A DNA stretch of 64,000 bases from Squalus acanthias (Eukaryota), in the NCBI GenBank assembly GCA_030390025.1, contig CM059432.1, positions 10,602,001 to 10,666,000 on the forward strand, read 5' to 3'. The position numbers and the translations under genes were made by a program. A model generated the notes under the pieces. The model ran no database searches, was not told where the DNA came from, and saw nothing but the letters and a program-made list of their open reading frames with translations. Below are positions 62,410 to 64,000 of this stretch, in pieces. How positions within the stretch are numbered: the first letter of the stretch is position 1; each line of letters opens with the position of its first letter.

Positions 62410-62966
62410 CAGGACTGGAGAATTTGAGCTACGAGGAAAGATTGGATAGTCTGGGGTTGTTTGCTTCGGAACAGGAGGCCGAGGGGAGATTTAATCGAGG
62501 CGTATAAAATCATGAGTGCAGACTCGATGGATCATTCATCAATTGTGTACGAGGTCAGTGCCACTTACTTTAGCGCTTTGCCACACTAGGCTCTTGGTAC
62601 CTTCAATAAGTTGCCATGAGACTGGGTGGATAGGAAGACACTTTTTAACTTAGCAGAGAGGTCAATAACGAGGGGGGGGGGGGGGGGGGAATAGATTTAA
62701 AGTAATTGGTAGCAGGATTAGAGGGGATTGAGGAGAACTTTTTTTCACCCAGAGGGTGGTGGGGGTCTGGAACTCACTGCCTGAAAGGGTGGTAGAGGCA
62801 GAAACCCTCATCGCATTTAAAAAGTACTTGGATATGCACTTGAAGTGCCGTAACCTACAGACCAAGTGCTGGAAAGTGGGATTAGGCTGGAGAGCTCCTT
62901 TTTGACCGGCAGACACGATGGGCCGAACGGCCTCCTTCTGTGCCGTAAATTTCTATGATTCTATGA
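62410..62966 (+). mobile_element. CR1 3' end in an RNMT intron (antisense), containing a 102-bp foreign insert and a G18 run
   Basis: Colinear with 12058-12467; TTCTATGATTCTATG tail. Confidence 0.87.
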
Positions 62967-63758
62967 CTCATTTTGACTTATGAACTGCACAAGGTAACGA
63001 CATTTCAAGATGCTGCTGTCCCTCTGCTCCAGTCAAATTATGGTGCGAGGGGGAGGGAGATGTTAAACTATAATCACCCCAGCATTTAAAAACAAACGTT
63101 CAGCATGCGGAATTACCTCGAGGTCTGAATAGCACAAGCACCTTGTCCCAAATGATCAGTAAACCAAACACGTCACCACACAATATTGTGGCAATTCTCC
63201 ATGGCAATTTACATAAAGGGTTAAGGTTGCCATTCATACAATGGATCTGAAATCTTGGGAAATGTCTTGCATTTAATAAATTTGCAGACTCGATGGATCA
63301 TTCATCAATTGTGTACGATGTCAGTGCCACTTACTTTAGCGCTTTGCCACGCTAGGCTCTTGGTACCTTCAATAAGTTGCCATGCCATGCTACGCATGCA
63401 CCAGACAATTACGTTTGGTATTTGATAAGATGTATTTTGACCCAACACCTTTTCTAATTCTTAGCACTCCTCCAGATGAGCTCCTCTTCTTGGGACGGGC
63501 CAACAAGTTAATTTGCCAGCAGCCTTTCCGGTTAATATCTTAAGTCACGTTACAGACTGACCAGAGTCACATTTGGGATAGCTCTGTCAATCTCCACTGT
63601 TTGGGCTTTTGATTGGCAAGGAAACAAAATGTGTCTCTGGAAAAATGCAAGTGGCTTTGCAGCACAAAAGAAAGACTGGGTCGATCAACTAGAAGTCATT
63701 AAGGCAGTGGCATGGTCATTTAATTGCTCGAGATAAAAATGAGCAAGTTCAAACTTAC

Positions 63759-63860
63759 GAGTGGCGCTCTTGCTTGCGGATTCTTCAGGTAATCTTCTGC
63801 ATGTTTGTAATCTTCCTTATTAGACCCAAGACTGCCACTATTCTCTGGCATGGGATATTG
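63759..63860 (-). CDS. RNMT: RNMT internal exon (102 nt): QYPMPENSGSLGSNKEDYKHAEDYLKNPQARAPL
   Basis: TTTTGCAG acceptor, GTAAGT donor, phase 0/0; aligns with the recalled human segment PYPANE...DDYEHAAKYMKNSQVRLPL. The rest of the gene lies beyond the window. Confidence 0.92.
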
Positions 63861-64000
63861 CTGCAAAATACACACACAAGAAATAGTATTACAAGGTCAA
63901 TTAAATAAAATAGTTCTAACATTTATTACAATTTAAACACACATGATCCAGGTTGATCACTCCTTTCTCTTGACAATTGTTGTTTTGTTTTTCAAATAAA

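Noticed and set aside
63283..63384. Intronic C/D snoRNA in RNMT
   Set aside because: A TGATGA occurs on the minus strand, but I found no properly placed D box or terminal stem.
1..64000. A novel prokaryote-style RT system (retron, DGR, defence island)
   Set aside because: All RT motifs belong to non-LTR retrotransposons, and the host genes are vertebrate.

Overview
Eukaryotic (cartilaginous fish, very probably shark) genomic DNA, mostly transposon-derived. Two host genes, both on the minus strand. One is an intronless-CDS melanocortin receptor, MC5R (ATG 24739 to stop 23765, 324 aa). The other is the last three coding exons of the mRNA cap methyltransferase RNMT (63860-63759, 62151-62118, 60883-60846), which the ORF track misses. 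This reproduces the RNMT-MC5R tandem synteny known from human chr18. The rest is nested retroposons and DNA-transposon remnants: CR1 LINEs (one with an intact APE+RT ORF2, one with an SGNH-esterase ORF1), a second CR1/L2-group LINE family ('family B'), L2, a Vingi/I-group fragment, SacSINE1-like DeuSINEs, a tRNA SINE sharing its tail with family B, Penelope-like 3' ends, Harbinger remnants and MITEs, and hAT MITEs. Most notable are (1) a 237-bp fold-back Penelope-derived insertion with a 14-bp target duplication that carries two inverted minimal hammerhead ribozymes, (2) a SINE tail forming the apparent splice acceptor and an in-frame upstream ATG for MC5R, (3) an R-to-W change in MC5R helix 8, and (4) a 102-bp templated duplication in an RNMT intron. 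Family names come from recalled motifs, not database searches. Repeat boundaries are approximate unless a TSD is given.
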